From Myxococcota bacterium (GTDB lineage: Bacteria > Myxococcota_A > Polyangia > DASYRF01): 64,000 nucleotides of DNA. A program made the translations under genes and the position numbers. A model generated the notes under the pieces. It was not told where the DNA came from and did no database searches. It saw only the letters and a program-made list of their open reading frames with translations. The DNA is taken from the NCBI GenBank assembly GCA_036004705.1, contig DASYRF010000360.1, forward strand, positions 5,795-69,794, in the 5' to 3' direction. Shown here one piece after another: positions 17,539 through 27,245 of the stretch. The first letter of the stretch is position 1. Every line of letters begins with the position of its first letter.

Positions 17539-19611
17539 ATGAGCCAGGACCCGTACCGCTACTTCCGCGTGGAGGCGAACGAGATTCGCGAGCAGCTCGG
17601 CCGCGGCGCGCTTCAGCTGGAGGAGGGCGCTCCGCCGCCGGACCTGGTCGCACGCCTTCTGCGCGCCGCGCACACGCTCAAGGGCGCCGCCCGCGTCGTC
17701 AAGCAGCCGCAGATCGCCGAGCTGGCCCACGCCGCCGAGGACGCGCTGGCGCCCTTCCGAGAGGGCGCGGCTGCCGTGCCGCGCGAGCGCGTCGACGTAC
17801 TGCTGCACATCACCGACGCCATCGGCGCGTTGTTGGGCGCGCTCACGCCGCCGCCGGGGCGCGGGGATCCCGGCGCCCCGGCCGCCGCCGCCGCCGCCGG
17901 CCGGTCCGGCGACGCGGAGGAGCCGCTGCGCGTGGTGCGCGCCGAGGCCGGCGAGCTGGACGCACTGATGGACGGCCTCGCGGAGACGCACGTTCTCCTC
18001 GGCAGGCTCCGCCGCGACGTGGCCAGTGCCGGTCGCGCCCGGCGCTTGGCCGACCTGGTCGCCGAGCAGCTCCCGCCGGCGCGCGCGCGGGATGCGGGCG
18101 GCGCGGCGCCGGCGCGGCTCCGGGCCGTGGGGGAGGAGCTGCGCCGCGTGGCGGCCGACCTGGAAGCGAGTCTCGGGGGCGCGGTGAGCCAGCTGGGCCG
18201 CGAGCTGGGCCAGGTGCGCGACGCCGCCGAACGGCTGCGGCTGCTGCCGGCGGGCGCGCTGTTCGCGCCGCTGGAGCGCGCGGCGCGCGACGCGGCGCAG
18301 GCCGTGGGCCGGCAGGTCGCCTTCCAAGCGGGCGGCGCGGACGTTCGCCTCGACGCGCGCGTGCTCGGCGTCGTGCAGGGCGCGCTCGTCCAGCTGGTGC
18401 GCAACGCCGTGGCGCACGGCATCGAAGCGCCGGCGGAGCGCGTGGCTGCGCGGAAGTCCGCCGCCGGGCTCGTGCGGCTCGACGTGGCGCGGCGCGGCAG
18501 CCGCGTGGCGTTCCGCTGCCGCGACGACGGCGCCGGCGTGGACCTGGAGGCGGTGCGCCGTGCCGCGAGCGCGCGCGGGCTGGCGCCCGACGAGGCGCTG
18601 CGCCTCGGCACCGACGACCTGCTGGCGCTTCTGCTGAAGGGCGGGCTGTCGACGTCCGTCGCGGTGACGGAGATGGCCGGGCGTGGCGTGGGCCTCGACG
18701 TCGTGCGCGAGGCGGCGGCGCGCCTGGGCGGCCAGGTCACGATGCAGACCGAGAGCGCGCGCGGCACCACGGTGGAGCTGGTGGTCCCCGTCTCGCTCGC
18801 CTCGCTGGGCGCGCTCGTCGTCGAGGCGGGGGGCGTGGCGGCGGCGATCCCGCTCGACGCGGTGCGCGCGGCGGTGCGCCTGAGCGCCCGCGACGTGACG
18901 CGCGCCGCGCAGGGCGACTGCATCGTGCACGAGGGCAAGGTCATCCCCTTCGTGCCGCTGGCGCGTCCGCTGGGCGGGGCGCCGCGTGCCGTGCGCGACG
19001 GGCGTCCCTGGTCCGCCGTCGTGGTCGACGGCGGGCAAGCGCTGGCGGCGGTCGGCGTGGATCGGCTGCTCGGTGCCGCCACCGTCATCCTGCGGCCGTT
19101 GCCCGCCCTGGCCCTCGCCGACCCCATCGTCGCCGGCGCGTCGCTCGACGCCGAAGGCAACCCGCAGATCGTCCTCGACCCTCACGAGCTGGTGAGCCGT
19201 GCCGCGCGCGGGGACGGGGCGCAGGAGGCGGCGGCGGCGAGCCGCCCGCCGGCCGTGCTGGTGGTGGACGACTCGCTCACCACGCGGATGCTGGAGCAGA
19301 GCATCCTCGAGTCGGCCGGCTACGAGGTCGAGCTGGCGACCTCCGGAGAGGAGGGGCTGCAGAAGGCGCGCACGCGCCCGTTCGGGCTGTTCCTGGTGGA
19401 CGTGGAGATGCCCGGCATGGACGGCTTCGCCTTCCTGGAGCGCGCGCGCGCCGACGCGGCGCTGAGCGCGGTCCCCGCCATCCTCGTCACCTCGCGCGAC
19501 GCGCCCGAGGACCGGCGCCGCGGCTTGCAGGCGGGCGCGCGCGCCTACGTCGTCAAGAGCGAGTTTGACCAGAGCGCGCTGCTCGACACCATCCGGCGGC
19601 TCCTGGAGTGA
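17539..19611 (+). CDS. cheA: CheA histidine kinase fused to a C-terminal receiver domain (CheA-REC hybrid).
   Basis: HPt domain (AHTLKGAARVV), HATPase domain (G1/G2 boxes around GRGVGLDVV), CheW-like domain, then a REC domain (VLVVDDSLTTRM.. DVEMPGMDG.. ). 690 aa. Confidence 0.9.
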   Translation: MSQDPYRYFRVEANEIREQLGRGALQLEEGAPPPDLVARLLRAAHTLKGAARVVKQPQIAELAHAAEDALAPFREGAAAVPRERVDVLLHITDAIGALLGALTPPPGRGDPGAPAAAAAAGRSGDAEEPLRVVRAEAGELDALMDGLAETHVLLGRLRRDVASAGRARRLADLVAEQLPPARARDAGGAAPARLRAVGEELRRVAADLEASLGGAVSQLGRELGQVRDAAERLRLLPAGALFAPLERAARDAAQAVGRQVAFQAGGADVRLDARVLGVVQGALVQLVRNAVAHGIEAPAERVAARKSAAGLVRLDVARRGSRVAFRCRDDGAGVDLEAVRRAASARGLAPDEALRLGTDDLLALLLKGGLSTSVAVTEMAGRGVGLDVVREAAARLGGQVTMQTESARGTTVELVVPVSLASLGALVVEAGGVAAAIPLDAVRAAVRLSARDVTRAAQGDCIVHEGKVIPFVPLARPLGGAPRAVRDGRPWSAVVVDGGQALAAVGVDRLLGAATVILRPLPALALADPIVAGASLDAEGNPQIVLDPHELVSRAARGDGAQEAAAASRPPAVLVVDDSLTTRMLEQSILESAGYEVELATSGEEGLQKARTRPFGLFLVDVEMPGMDGFAFLERARADAALSAVPAILVTSRDAPEDRRRGLQAGARAYVVKSEFDQSALLDTIRRLLE

Positions 19612-20717
19612 CCGTGGCGAGGATCCGCGCGCTGGTGGTCGAGGACTCGCTGACGGTGCGCCGCCGCATCGTGGAGGTGCTGGCCGCCAATCCCGAGCTG
19701 GAAGTCGTGGGCGAGGCCGGCGACGGCAAGCGCGCCATCGAGCTGTGCGGCGAGCGGCGTCCCGACGTGGTGACGCTGGACATGATGCTGCCGGTGATGA
19801 CCGGCCTTGCCGCGACCGAGTACATCATGGCGTATTTCCCGACGCCTATCCTCATCGTGTCGGCGTCGACGAATCGGGGCGAGCTCTTCCGTACCTACGA
19901 GGCGCTGGCCGCGGGGGCGCTCGACGTCCTCGAGAAGCCGACCGGCGCCGAGCCGGACGGCGACTGGGAACGGCGGCTGGTGGCGGCGGTCAAGCTCGTT
20001 TCGCGCATCAAGGTCATCACGCATCCGCGGGCGCGTCTGGCCGCGCTGGCTCGCCGCGTTGCCGCGCCGTCCGTCGCGCCGTTCGCTGTCCAGGGCGACC
20101 GACTCCCGGACGCCGGCGGCGCCAGCGAGGCGCGCGCGTGCCGCGCGATCGCGATCGGCGCCTCGACCGGCGGGCCGGCGGCCATCGTCGACGTCCTGCG
20201 TCCCCTGCCGGCGGGCTTCGCGGTGCCCATCTTCCTGGTGATCCACATCGGCGAGCCGTTCGGGACGGCGTTTGCCGATTGGCTCGACGGCCAGACCGAG
20301 CAGCGCGTCGCCTACGCGCGCGACGACCAGCCGGTCGCGTCGCTGCGCGGCGTGACCATGGCCCCACCCGAACGGCATCTGCTGGTGCGCGGCGGACGCC
20401 TCCGGCTCGTCGGCGATCCGCCCCGCCATTCCTGCCGCCCGTCCGTGGACGTGCTGTTCGAGTCGGTCGCAAGCGAGTACGGGCGCGCGGGGGCGGGCTG
20501 CCTGCTGACGGGGATGGGCCGCGACGGTGCGGCCGGCCTGCTGGAGATCCGGCGCGCCGGCGGCCGCACGCTGGCGCAGGACGAGGCGACGTCCGTCGTC
20601 TACGGCATGCCTCGCGAGGCGGTACTGCTGGGCGCGGCCGAGCGCGTCCTGCCGCTGGGCGACATCGGCGCGGCGCTGGCCGGGCTCGGAAGCGGGGGCG
20701 AGGCGGGCGGGCCATGA
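19608..20717 (+). CDS. cheB: CheB methylesterase (REC plus CheB catalytic domain).
   Basis: REC domain (ALVVEDSLTVRRRI.. DVVTLDMMLPVMTG), methylesterase domain (AIGASTGGP.., DGQTEQRV.., LLTGMGRDG). Start overlaps the cheA stop. Confidence 0.9.
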   Translation: MTVARIRALVVEDSLTVRRRIVEVLAANPELEVVGEAGDGKRAIELCGERRPDVVTLDMMLPVMTGLAATEYIMAYFPTPILIVSASTNRGELFRTYEALAAGALDVLEKPTGAEPDGDWERRLVAAVKLVSRIKVITHPRARLAALARRVAAPSVAPFAVQGDRLPDAGGASEARACRAIAIGASTGGPAAIVDVLRPLPAGFAVPIFLVIHIGEPFGTAFADWLDGQTEQRVAYARDDQPVASLRGVTMAPPERHLLVRGGRLRLVGDPPRHSCRPSVDVLFESVASEYGRAGAGCLLTGMGRDGAAGLLEIRRAGGRTLAQDEATSVVYGMPREAVLLGAAERVLPLGDIGAALAGLGSGGEAGGP

Positions 20718-22690
20718 GCGCGGCCCGCATCCTCGTCGTCGACGACAGCCTCACCGTGAGGATGGACCTTGCGGAGATGTTCGGGGCCGCCGGCTTGAAC
20801 GTCGTGCTCTGCGCCACGGCCGCGGAGGCGCGCGCCGCCGCGGCGGACGCGGCGGTGGACCTACTCGTGCTCGACGTAGTGCTGCCCGACGGCGACGGCC
20901 TGGACCTGCTGCAGGAGCTGCGGCGCACGCCGCACGCCGCCGGCACGCCCGTCCTGCTGCTGTCGAGCGAGGGCGAGGTACGTGACCGCGCGCGCGGTCT
21001 CGCGACTGGCGCCGACGACTACGTCGGCAAGCCCTACGACCGGGGCTACGTGCTGGCGCGCGCCCGCGAGCTGCTGCGGCGCGGCGACACCCGGCCCGAA
21101 GCGGCGGGAGGGCGCATCCTGCTCATCGACGACAGCCTCACCTTCCGCGAGGAGCTCGGCGCGGGCCTGCGCGCCTCGGGGTACCAGGTCGTCGCCGCCG
21201 CCAGCGGCGAGGAGGGCCTGCGTCTTGCCGCTCACGAGCGCCCCGCCGCCGTGCTGGTGGACGGGGTGATGCCCGGCATCGACGGCGCCACGGTGATCCG
21301 GCGCCTGCGGCTCGACGCCGCGCTGCGCGGGACGCCCTGCGTGCTGCTCACCGGCTCCGACGACCCCGGCGCGGAGCTGCGCGCGCTCGACGCCGGGGCC
21401 GACGCGTTCGTGCGCAAGGACGAAGTGCTCGCCGTCATCCTGGCGCGCCTGGAAGCGGTGCTGCGCAACGCGTCGGGCGCCGCCGCGTCGCAGCCGACCG
21501 CCAGCCTGCAGGGCCCCAAGCGCATCCTCGCCGTGGACGACAGCCCGACCTACCTCCACGAGCTGGGCGACGCGCTTCGCGCCGACGGCTACGACGTGGT
21601 GCTGGCCGCCTCGGGCGAGGAGGCGCTGGAGCTGCTGGCCGTGCAGCCCGTCGATTGCATCCTGCTCGACCTGGTCATGCCGGGCCTCGGCGGTCAGGAG
21701 ACGTGCCGCCGTATCAAGGCGACGGCCGCCTTCCGCAACGTGCCGTTGATCATGCTCACGGCGCTGGAGGAGGCCGAGGCGATGATCCAGGGGCTGCGCG
21801 CCGGCGCCGACGACTACATCGCCAAGTCGAGCGACGTGACGGTGGTGAAGGCGCGCGTGCTGGCGCAGCTCCGGCGCCGCCAGTTCGAGGACGAGACCCG
21901 CCGCATCCGCGAGCAGCTCCTGCAAGCGGAGCTGGAGGCTGCCGGCGCGCGCGCCGCCCGTCAGGTGGCCGAGACGCGCGCGGCGCTGGTCGAGGAGCTG
22001 GAAGTGAAGAATCGCGAGCTGGAGGCGTTCAGCTATTCCGTCTCGCACGACCTCCATGCGCCGCTGCGCGTCATCGACGGCTTCAGCGAGATGCTGCTGG
22101 AGGAGCACGCGGCCGGCCTGAACGACGGGGGGCGCCGCTGCCTGGAGCAGGTGCGGGCCTCGGCGCGGCGCATGCGCGGGCTGATCGACGACCTGCTGGC
22201 GCTGTCGCGGATCGGCCGTGCCGCCCTGCGCCGCGAGACGGTGGACCTGACCGCCGTCGCCCGCTCGGTGGAGGCCGAGCTGCGCGCCGCGCAGCCGGAT
22301 CGCCTCGTGCGCGTCCTGGTCGAGGCCGGGCTGCACGCCGACGCCGATCCCGGCCTGCTGTACGCGCTGCTGCAGAATCTAATGGGCAACGCCTGGAAGT
22401 TCACGGGACGCTCCGGCGAGCCGGTGATCGAGATGGGCGCGGCGCGCGAGGTGGGGGCCCACGCGTACTTCGTGCGCGACAACGGCGTGGGCTTCGACGA
22501 GGCCTACGCGGACAAGCTCTTCGGGCCGTTCCAGCGGCTGCACTCCAAGGACGAGTTCCCCGGGACGGGGATCGGCCTGGCCACGGTACGGCGCATCGTG
22601 GACCGCCATGGCGGGCGGGTCTGGGCGGCGGGGGCGGTTGGACGCGGCGCAACGGTCTACTGGACCCTGCCGCCGAAGGAGGTTCGATGA
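20714..22690 (+). CDS. Hybrid sensor histidine kinase with three tandem N-terminal receiver domains, then HisKA and HATPase domains.
   Basis: Three REC domains (ILVVDDSLTVRM.., ILLIDDSLTFRE.., ILAVDDSPTYLHE..), each with a D..D..K pattern. H-box SYSVSHDLHAPLRVI. N/G boxes NLMGNAWKF / DNGVGFD / GTGIGLA. ATG overlaps the cheB stop in an ATGA arrangement. Confidence 0.88.
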   Translation: MSAARILVVDDSLTVRMDLAEMFGAAGLNVVLCATAAEARAAAADAAVDLLVLDVVLPDGDGLDLLQELRRTPHAAGTPVLLLSSEGEVRDRARGLATGADDYVGKPYDRGYVLARARELLRRGDTRPEAAGGRILLIDDSLTFREELGAGLRASGYQVVAAASGEEGLRLAAHERPAAVLVDGVMPGIDGATVIRRLRLDAALRGTPCVLLTGSDDPGAELRALDAGADAFVRKDEVLAVILARLEAVLRNASGAAASQPTASLQGPKRILAVDDSPTYLHELGDALRADGYDVVLAASGEEALELLAVQPVDCILLDLVMPGLGGQETCRRIKATAAFRNVPLIMLTALEEAEAMIQGLRAGADDYIAKSSDVTVVKARVLAQLRRRQFEDETRRIREQLLQAELEAAGARAARQVAETRAALVEELEVKNRELEAFSYSVSHDLHAPLRVIDGFSEMLLEEHAAGLNDGGRRCLEQVRASARRMRGLIDDLLALSRIGRAALRRETVDLTAVARSVEAELRAAQPDRLVRVLVEAGLHADADPGLLYALLQNLMGNAWKFTGRSGEPVIEMGAAREVGAHAYFVRDNGVGFDEAYADKLFGPFQRLHSKDEFPGTGIGLATVRRIVDRHGGRVWAAGAVGRGATVYWTLPPKEVR

Positions 22691-22736
22691 CCGGTTTCCC
22701 GGGCGCGCTCTCTCGTCCACCGGAGGGGGCGAGAGC

Positions 22737-24674
22737 ATGACCTTGCTTCGCGCGCTGATTGTGGAGGATTCGCCGGAGGACGCGGAGCTCACGCTGGGCG
22801 CCTTGCGTCGTGGCGGCTACGAGCTGGTGTGGGAGCGGGTCGAGACCCGGGACGCGATGTTGTCCGCGCTGCGCGACCGCGAGTGGGACGTCGTCCTCTC
22901 CGACTACCACCTCCCCGCGTTCAGCGCGCTGGGAGCGCTCGCGACGCTCCAGGAGAGCGGGCGCGACCTGCCGTTCATCATCGCCTCGGGCACGATCGGC
23001 GAGGACGTCGCCGTGGAGGCGCTGAAGGCGGGCGCGGACGACTTCGTCGTGAAGGGGCGCCTGGCGCGGCTCATCCCGGCCATCGAGCGCGGGATGCGGG
23101 ACGCCGAGGGGCGGCGGCGCCATCGCGAGGCAGAGGGCGAGCTGGCGCGCTCGGCGCGCCTGCTCCGGCTCGTCGTGGACAGCGTCCCCGACCGCGTGGC
23201 GGTGGTCGACGCGGACGGCAGGCTCGCTCTGCGCAACGCCGCCGACGAGCAGCTCGCTTCGCGCGCGTCCGCGGACACGGTCGCCTCGGCCTGGCCGCAG
23301 CAGGCCGGACTGTTCCTCTCCGATCGCACGACTCCGTGCCCGCCCGACCAGCTCCCGCTGGTGCGCGCGCTGCGCGGCGATGCCGTCGACGGCGCGGTGC
23401 TGTTCGAGCGCGACGAACGCTCGCCGCAGGGCACGTGGCTGACCGTCAACGCGCGTCCGGTCCGGGAAGGCGACGGGCGGATCGTCGGCGCCGTCGCAGT
23501 CGCCCGCGACACCACGCGCGAGCGCCAGGCACAGGAACAGCTTCTGCAGTCGGAGCGCATGGCCTCGGTCGGTGTGCTCGCCGCCGGCCTCGCGCACGAG
23601 ATCAACAATCCGCTGGCGGCGGTCGTGGCGAACGTCGAGCTCTGCATCAGCCAGGTCGGCGGCCTGCGCGAACGGATCGGCGAGACCGAGGCCGTCGAGG
23701 TGCTGGCGTCCCTCGAGGACGCGCGCGAGGCCTCCCAGCGCATGCGGCAGATCCTGAAGGACCTGAAAGTCTTCTCGCGCGGCGAAGACGAGCGGACTGG
23801 GAGCATCGACGTGGCCCGCACGCTCGACTCCGCCATCCGGATGGCCAGCAACGAGATCCGCCACCGCGCTGAGCTCGTGCGCCTCTACCAGGCCGTGCCG
23901 CCGGCGCAGGGCAACGAGTCGCGGCTCGGGCAGGTGTTCCTGAACCTCCTGGTGAACGCGGCCCAGGCCATCCCGGAGGGACGCGCCGCCGACAACGAGA
24001 TCCGCGCGTCGGTCGCGGTGGCGGCGGGCGGACGCATCATGGTGGAGATTCGTGACACCGGCACCGGCATGGCACCCGACATCGTGCAGCGGCTGTTCAC
24101 GCCGTTCTTCACGACGAAGCCGGTCGGGGTCGGGACGGGTCTTGGCCTGTCGATCTGCCACCGCATCGTCGGGAGCATGGGGGGCGAGATCATCGTGGAG
24201 AGCGCGGTAGGCAAAGGGACGGCGTTCCGCGTTCTACTGCCGGCGACGCCGGAGCGCACGCCGGCCCGGCCCGCCGACACGCCCGCGGCGCCGCGCGCGG
24301 CGGCCACCCGGCGCGGCCGCGTGCTGGTGGTGGACGACGAGGTCGCCCTGGCGAAGTCCATTCGGCGGATCCTCTCGCGGGATCATGACGTCGTGGTGAT
24401 CACCGCCGCGCAGGACGCCGCCGCGCAGATCAGCGGCGGCGAGCGCTACGACGTGATCCTCTGCGACCTGATGATGCCGACGATGACCGGCATGGACCTT
24501 CACGAGGCGCTGCTGCGCGCTGCGCCCGAGCAGGCGGCGCGGATGATCTTCTTGACGGGCGGCGCCTTCACCGAGAGCGCGCGCGCGTTCCTGTCGAGCG
24601 TCGCGAACGCCCGGCTGGACAAGCCGTTCGACCCCGCCGAGCTGCGCGCGCTGGTCAACGACCACGTGCGCTGA
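22737..24674 (+). CDS. Hybrid histidine kinase: REC, PAS-like, HisKA, HATPase, REC.
   Basis: N-terminal REC (ALIVEDSPEDAEL..), PAS-like segment, H-box LAHEINNPLAAV, HATPase (NLLVNAAQAI.. DTGTGMAPD.. GTGLGLSI), C-terminal REC (VLVVDDEVALAKSI.. DLMMPTMTG). ATG at 22737 checked. Confidence 0.88.
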   Translation: MTLLRALIVEDSPEDAELTLGALRRGGYELVWERVETRDAMLSALRDREWDVVLSDYHLPAFSALGALATLQESGRDLPFIIASGTIGEDVAVEALKAGADDFVVKGRLARLIPAIERGMRDAEGRRRHREAEGELARSARLLRLVVDSVPDRVAVVDADGRLALRNAADEQLASRASADTVASAWPQQAGLFLSDRTTPCPPDQLPLVRALRGDAVDGAVLFERDERSPQGTWLTVNARPVREGDGRIVGAVAVARDTTRERQAQEQLLQSERMASVGVLAAGLAHEINNPLAAVVANVELCISQVGGLRERIGETEAVEVLASLEDAREASQRMRQILKDLKVFSRGEDERTGSIDVARTLDSAIRMASNEIRHRAELVRLYQAVPPAQGNESRLGQVFLNLLVNAAQAIPEGRAADNEIRASVAVAAGGRIMVEIRDTGTGMAPDIVQRLFTPFFTTKPVGVGTGLGLSICHRIVGSMGGEIIVESAVGKGTAFRVLLPATPERTPARPADTPAAPRAAATRRGRVLVVDDEVALAKSIRRILSRDHDVVVITAAQDAAAQISGGERYDVILCDLMMPTMTGMDLHEALLRAAPEQAARMIFLTGGAFTESARAFLSSVANARLDKPFDPAELRALVNDHVR

Positions 24675-24692
24675 CCGCAGCGCCCGCCGCCT

Positions 24693-27245
24693 GTGCCGGG
24701 AGCCGGGTGCGGGACGGCGGCGCCGCGACCGCGCCGTGCCGAGGTCTGGGCGCGCGCGCTCGCGCGCTCGTGTATCCTGCGCGGCGTGCGGGCCAGCTGG
24801 TGCATCGCGGCGGTGGGCGTGGGGGGCGCGGTCGTGGCCGCGGCGGGCGTCGTCGCGGCGGCGGGGAGCGCGGGCGCAGCGGCCAAGCTGGACGGGCTCG
24901 CCGCGCTGGTGGCCGCGGGCGGCGCCGATGCGCTGCCGGCGGAGGCGACGTTCGTCGATGCCGAGGGGCGCGTGCGCGTGACGGTACGCGTGGCGGGGGA
25001 CGCGGTGGGCCCGGCGGCGCGGGACGCGCTGGCGGCGGCCGGGGCGCGCGTGACGTCGTGCGCGGGCCCGGTGTGCGCGGCGTGGGTGGGCCCGGCCGAC
25101 CTGGGCGCGCTGGCGGCGGCCGGGGTGACGGTGCGCGTGGAGCTCGCGGTGCCGGCCACGCCGGTGCTCGACGTGTCGGTGCCGCTGACCGGCGCCACCG
25201 CCGCGTTCGAGGACTTCGGCCTCGACGGCGCCGGCGTGATCGTCGGCATCGTCGACACCGGCTGCGATTTCCGCCACGCCGATCTGCGCCACGCCGACGG
25301 CACCACGCGCCTCCTCTATTACCTGGACCTCAGCCAGTCGCCGGAGGCGAGCGGCTTCCCCGACGTGGGCCCCTCCGCCGTGTCGGCGCCGCCCGACGGG
25401 ACGCTCTACGGGCGCGCCGACCTGGACCGCGCGCTCGGCGCCGAGCCGGATCTAGTGCGCGCGCACGACACGTTCGGGCACGGTACGCACGTCGCCGGCA
25501 TCGCCGCGGGGAACGGCGGTCCGGAGGGGCGGTATCGCGGCGTGGCGCCGGCGGCGGACCTCGTGTGCGTGAAGGCGGATCACGACGAGCGCTTCGCCGA
25601 CGCCGACGTCATCGACGCGCTGACGTTCGCCTTCGCCGCCGCGTCGGCGCGCGGCGTGCCGGCCGTGCTGAACCTCAGCATCGGCGGCCAGGGCGGGCCG
25701 CACGACGGCACGAACAACAGCGAGCGGGCCATCGCCGCGCTCGTGGCGGCGCCGGTGCCCGGCCGCGCCATCGTCGTCGCCGCCGGCAACGACGGCTCCA
25801 GCGACATGCACGCCGCCGGGTTCGTCACCGCGGGCCACGACCTCGACGTGGGCGTGCGCGTGCCGCCTTACGAGCCGCGGCCCGCGGCCCCGCGCGGCGT
25901 GACGCTGGCGGCCTTCGCCCCCGCCGCGGCCGCGGCGCCCGGCGCGCTGCGCGTGACCGTCGTCAGCGCCGACGGCGCGGTGGTCGGGCCCGTGGCCTCG
26001 GGCGACGCGGCCGCCGTGGTGTCCACCGCGTCTGGCCAGGTGTCGATCGCCGTCTGCCCCGACGGGCCGACCGACGAAGGCAGCTGCGAGGTCGCGCTGT
26101 CGTTGCGCGAGACGGCCGCGCACCCGCTCCCCGAAGGCGTCTGGCGGGTGCGCCTCGCCGGCGACTCCGGCGGGCGCGTCGACGTGTGGCTGGGGACGTC
26201 GGTCAGCGGGACCGAAGGCACGGCCAAGCTCGTCGACGGGCTCGACCCCGACAACCGGGTCAGCTCGCCGGGCACCAGCCCCGGGGCCATCTGCGTGGCG
26301 TCGTTCGTCAGCCGCACCACCTGGACCCGCGCCGACGGGTTGCCGGTGGCCTTCAACCTCACCCCCGGCGCGCTCAGCGTCTTCTCCGGCAGCGGTCCCG
26401 GGCGCGGCGCCGCGCTGGAGCGCTTCAAGCCGGACTTCGCCGCCCCCGGCGAGTTCATCGTCTCGACCCTGTCGTCCGACGCGCCGCCGACGTCGCCGTC
26501 GAGCGCCTTCTTCAGCGGCATGCCGCCCGGCTCGTCGGTCGTGGAGGACGGCGCGCACGCCGTGCTGCGCGGGACCTCGATGGCCACGCCGCACGTCACC
26601 GGCCTGGTGGCGCTCCTCTTCCAGGAGGACCCCTGGCTCACCGGCGAAGAGGCGCGCGCGCTCCTGCGCGCCACGGCCTCGGCCGACGCGCTCACCGGGC
26701 TGGAGCTGCCCGATCCCCGCTGGGGCTTCGGCAAGGCCGACGTGTGGACCGCGGTGCGTGCGCTGCGCGGCGATCCGCCCGGCGCGCTCGACCCGGCGCG
26801 CACGCGCGTGGGGACGACGCTGGATCTGGTCGCGCCCGGCACGGCGCAGCCCATCGTCGTCTTCGTCATCCCCGCCGACGCGTCGGGGCTGCCGCTCGGC
26901 GGCGGCCACCTGGTGGAGATCGAATCGACCGCCGGCGACTGGGCCGGGCCGGTCGAGGCGCGCGACTTCGGCGTCTACGCGCGCACGCTGCTGCCGCCGC
27001 CCGGTCTCGGCCGCGCCGGCGCGACCGACGGCGTGCTGGACGCACACATCGTCGCGGTGGTCGACGGCACGCCCCTGCCGACCCAGCCCGTCGTTCACTT
27101 CAGCGACGCCCGCGAGGCCGTCGGCGCGACGATCGGCGCCGGGGGCGGCGGCGGCTGCGCCGTGGGCGGCCGTTCGTCTCCGCGCGCGCTCTGGCCGGCG
27201 TTGGCCTTGGCGGCGGCCGGCGCGGCGGTGCGAAAGAGGCGGTGA
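24693..27245 (+). CDS. Subtilisin-family (S8) serine protease with a C-terminal MYXO-CTERM sorting signal.
   Basis: Catalytic triad context VIVGIVDTGCD / HGTHVAGIAAG / GTSMATPHVTG. C-terminus GGGGGCAVGGRSSPRALWPALALAAAGAAVRKRR (Cys, then a hydrophobic stretch, then basic residues). The exact start is uncertain; there is a signal-like segment ASWCIAAVGVGGAVVAAAGVVAAAG. Confidence 0.85.
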   Translation: MPGAGCGTAAPRPRRAEVWARALARSCILRGVRASWCIAAVGVGGAVVAAAGVVAAAGSAGAAAKLDGLAALVAAGGADALPAEATFVDAEGRVRVTVRVAGDAVGPAARDALAAAGARVTSCAGPVCAAWVGPADLGALAAAGVTVRVELAVPATPVLDVSVPLTGATAAFEDFGLDGAGVIVGIVDTGCDFRHADLRHADGTTRLLYYLDLSQSPEASGFPDVGPSAVSAPPDGTLYGRADLDRALGAEPDLVRAHDTFGHGTHVAGIAAGNGGPEGRYRGVAPAADLVCVKADHDERFADADVIDALTFAFAAASARGVPAVLNLSIGGQGGPHDGTNNSERAIAALVAAPVPGRAIVVAAGNDGSSDMHAAGFVTAGHDLDVGVRVPPYEPRPAAPRGVTLAAFAPAAAAAPGALRVTVVSADGAVVGPVASGDAAAVVSTASGQVSIAVCPDGPTDEGSCEVALSLRETAAHPLPEGVWRVRLAGDSGGRVDVWLGTSVSGTEGTAKLVDGLDPDNRVSSPGTSPGAICVASFVSRTTWTRADGLPVAFNLTPGALSVFSGSGPGRGAALERFKPDFAAPGEFIVSTLSSDAPPTSPSSAFFSGMPPGSSVVEDGAHAVLRGTSMATPHVTGLVALLFQEDPWLTGEEARALLRATASADALTGLELPDPRWGFGKADVWTAVRALRGDPPGALDPARTRVGTTLDLVAPGTAQPIVVFVIPADASGLPLGGGHLVEIESTAGDWAGPVEARDFGVYARTLLPPPGLGRAGATDGVLDAHIVAVVDGTPLPTQPVVHFSDAREAVGATIGAGGGGGCAVGGRSSPRALWPALALAAAGAAVRKRR

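Noticed and set aside
19565-22690. The 1041-aa ORF was taken to be a single gene.
   Set aside because: The first about 380 codons are an R/G-rich artefact overlapping cheB in another frame. The real hybrid-kinase gene starts at ATG 20714 (ATGA overlap with the cheB stop).
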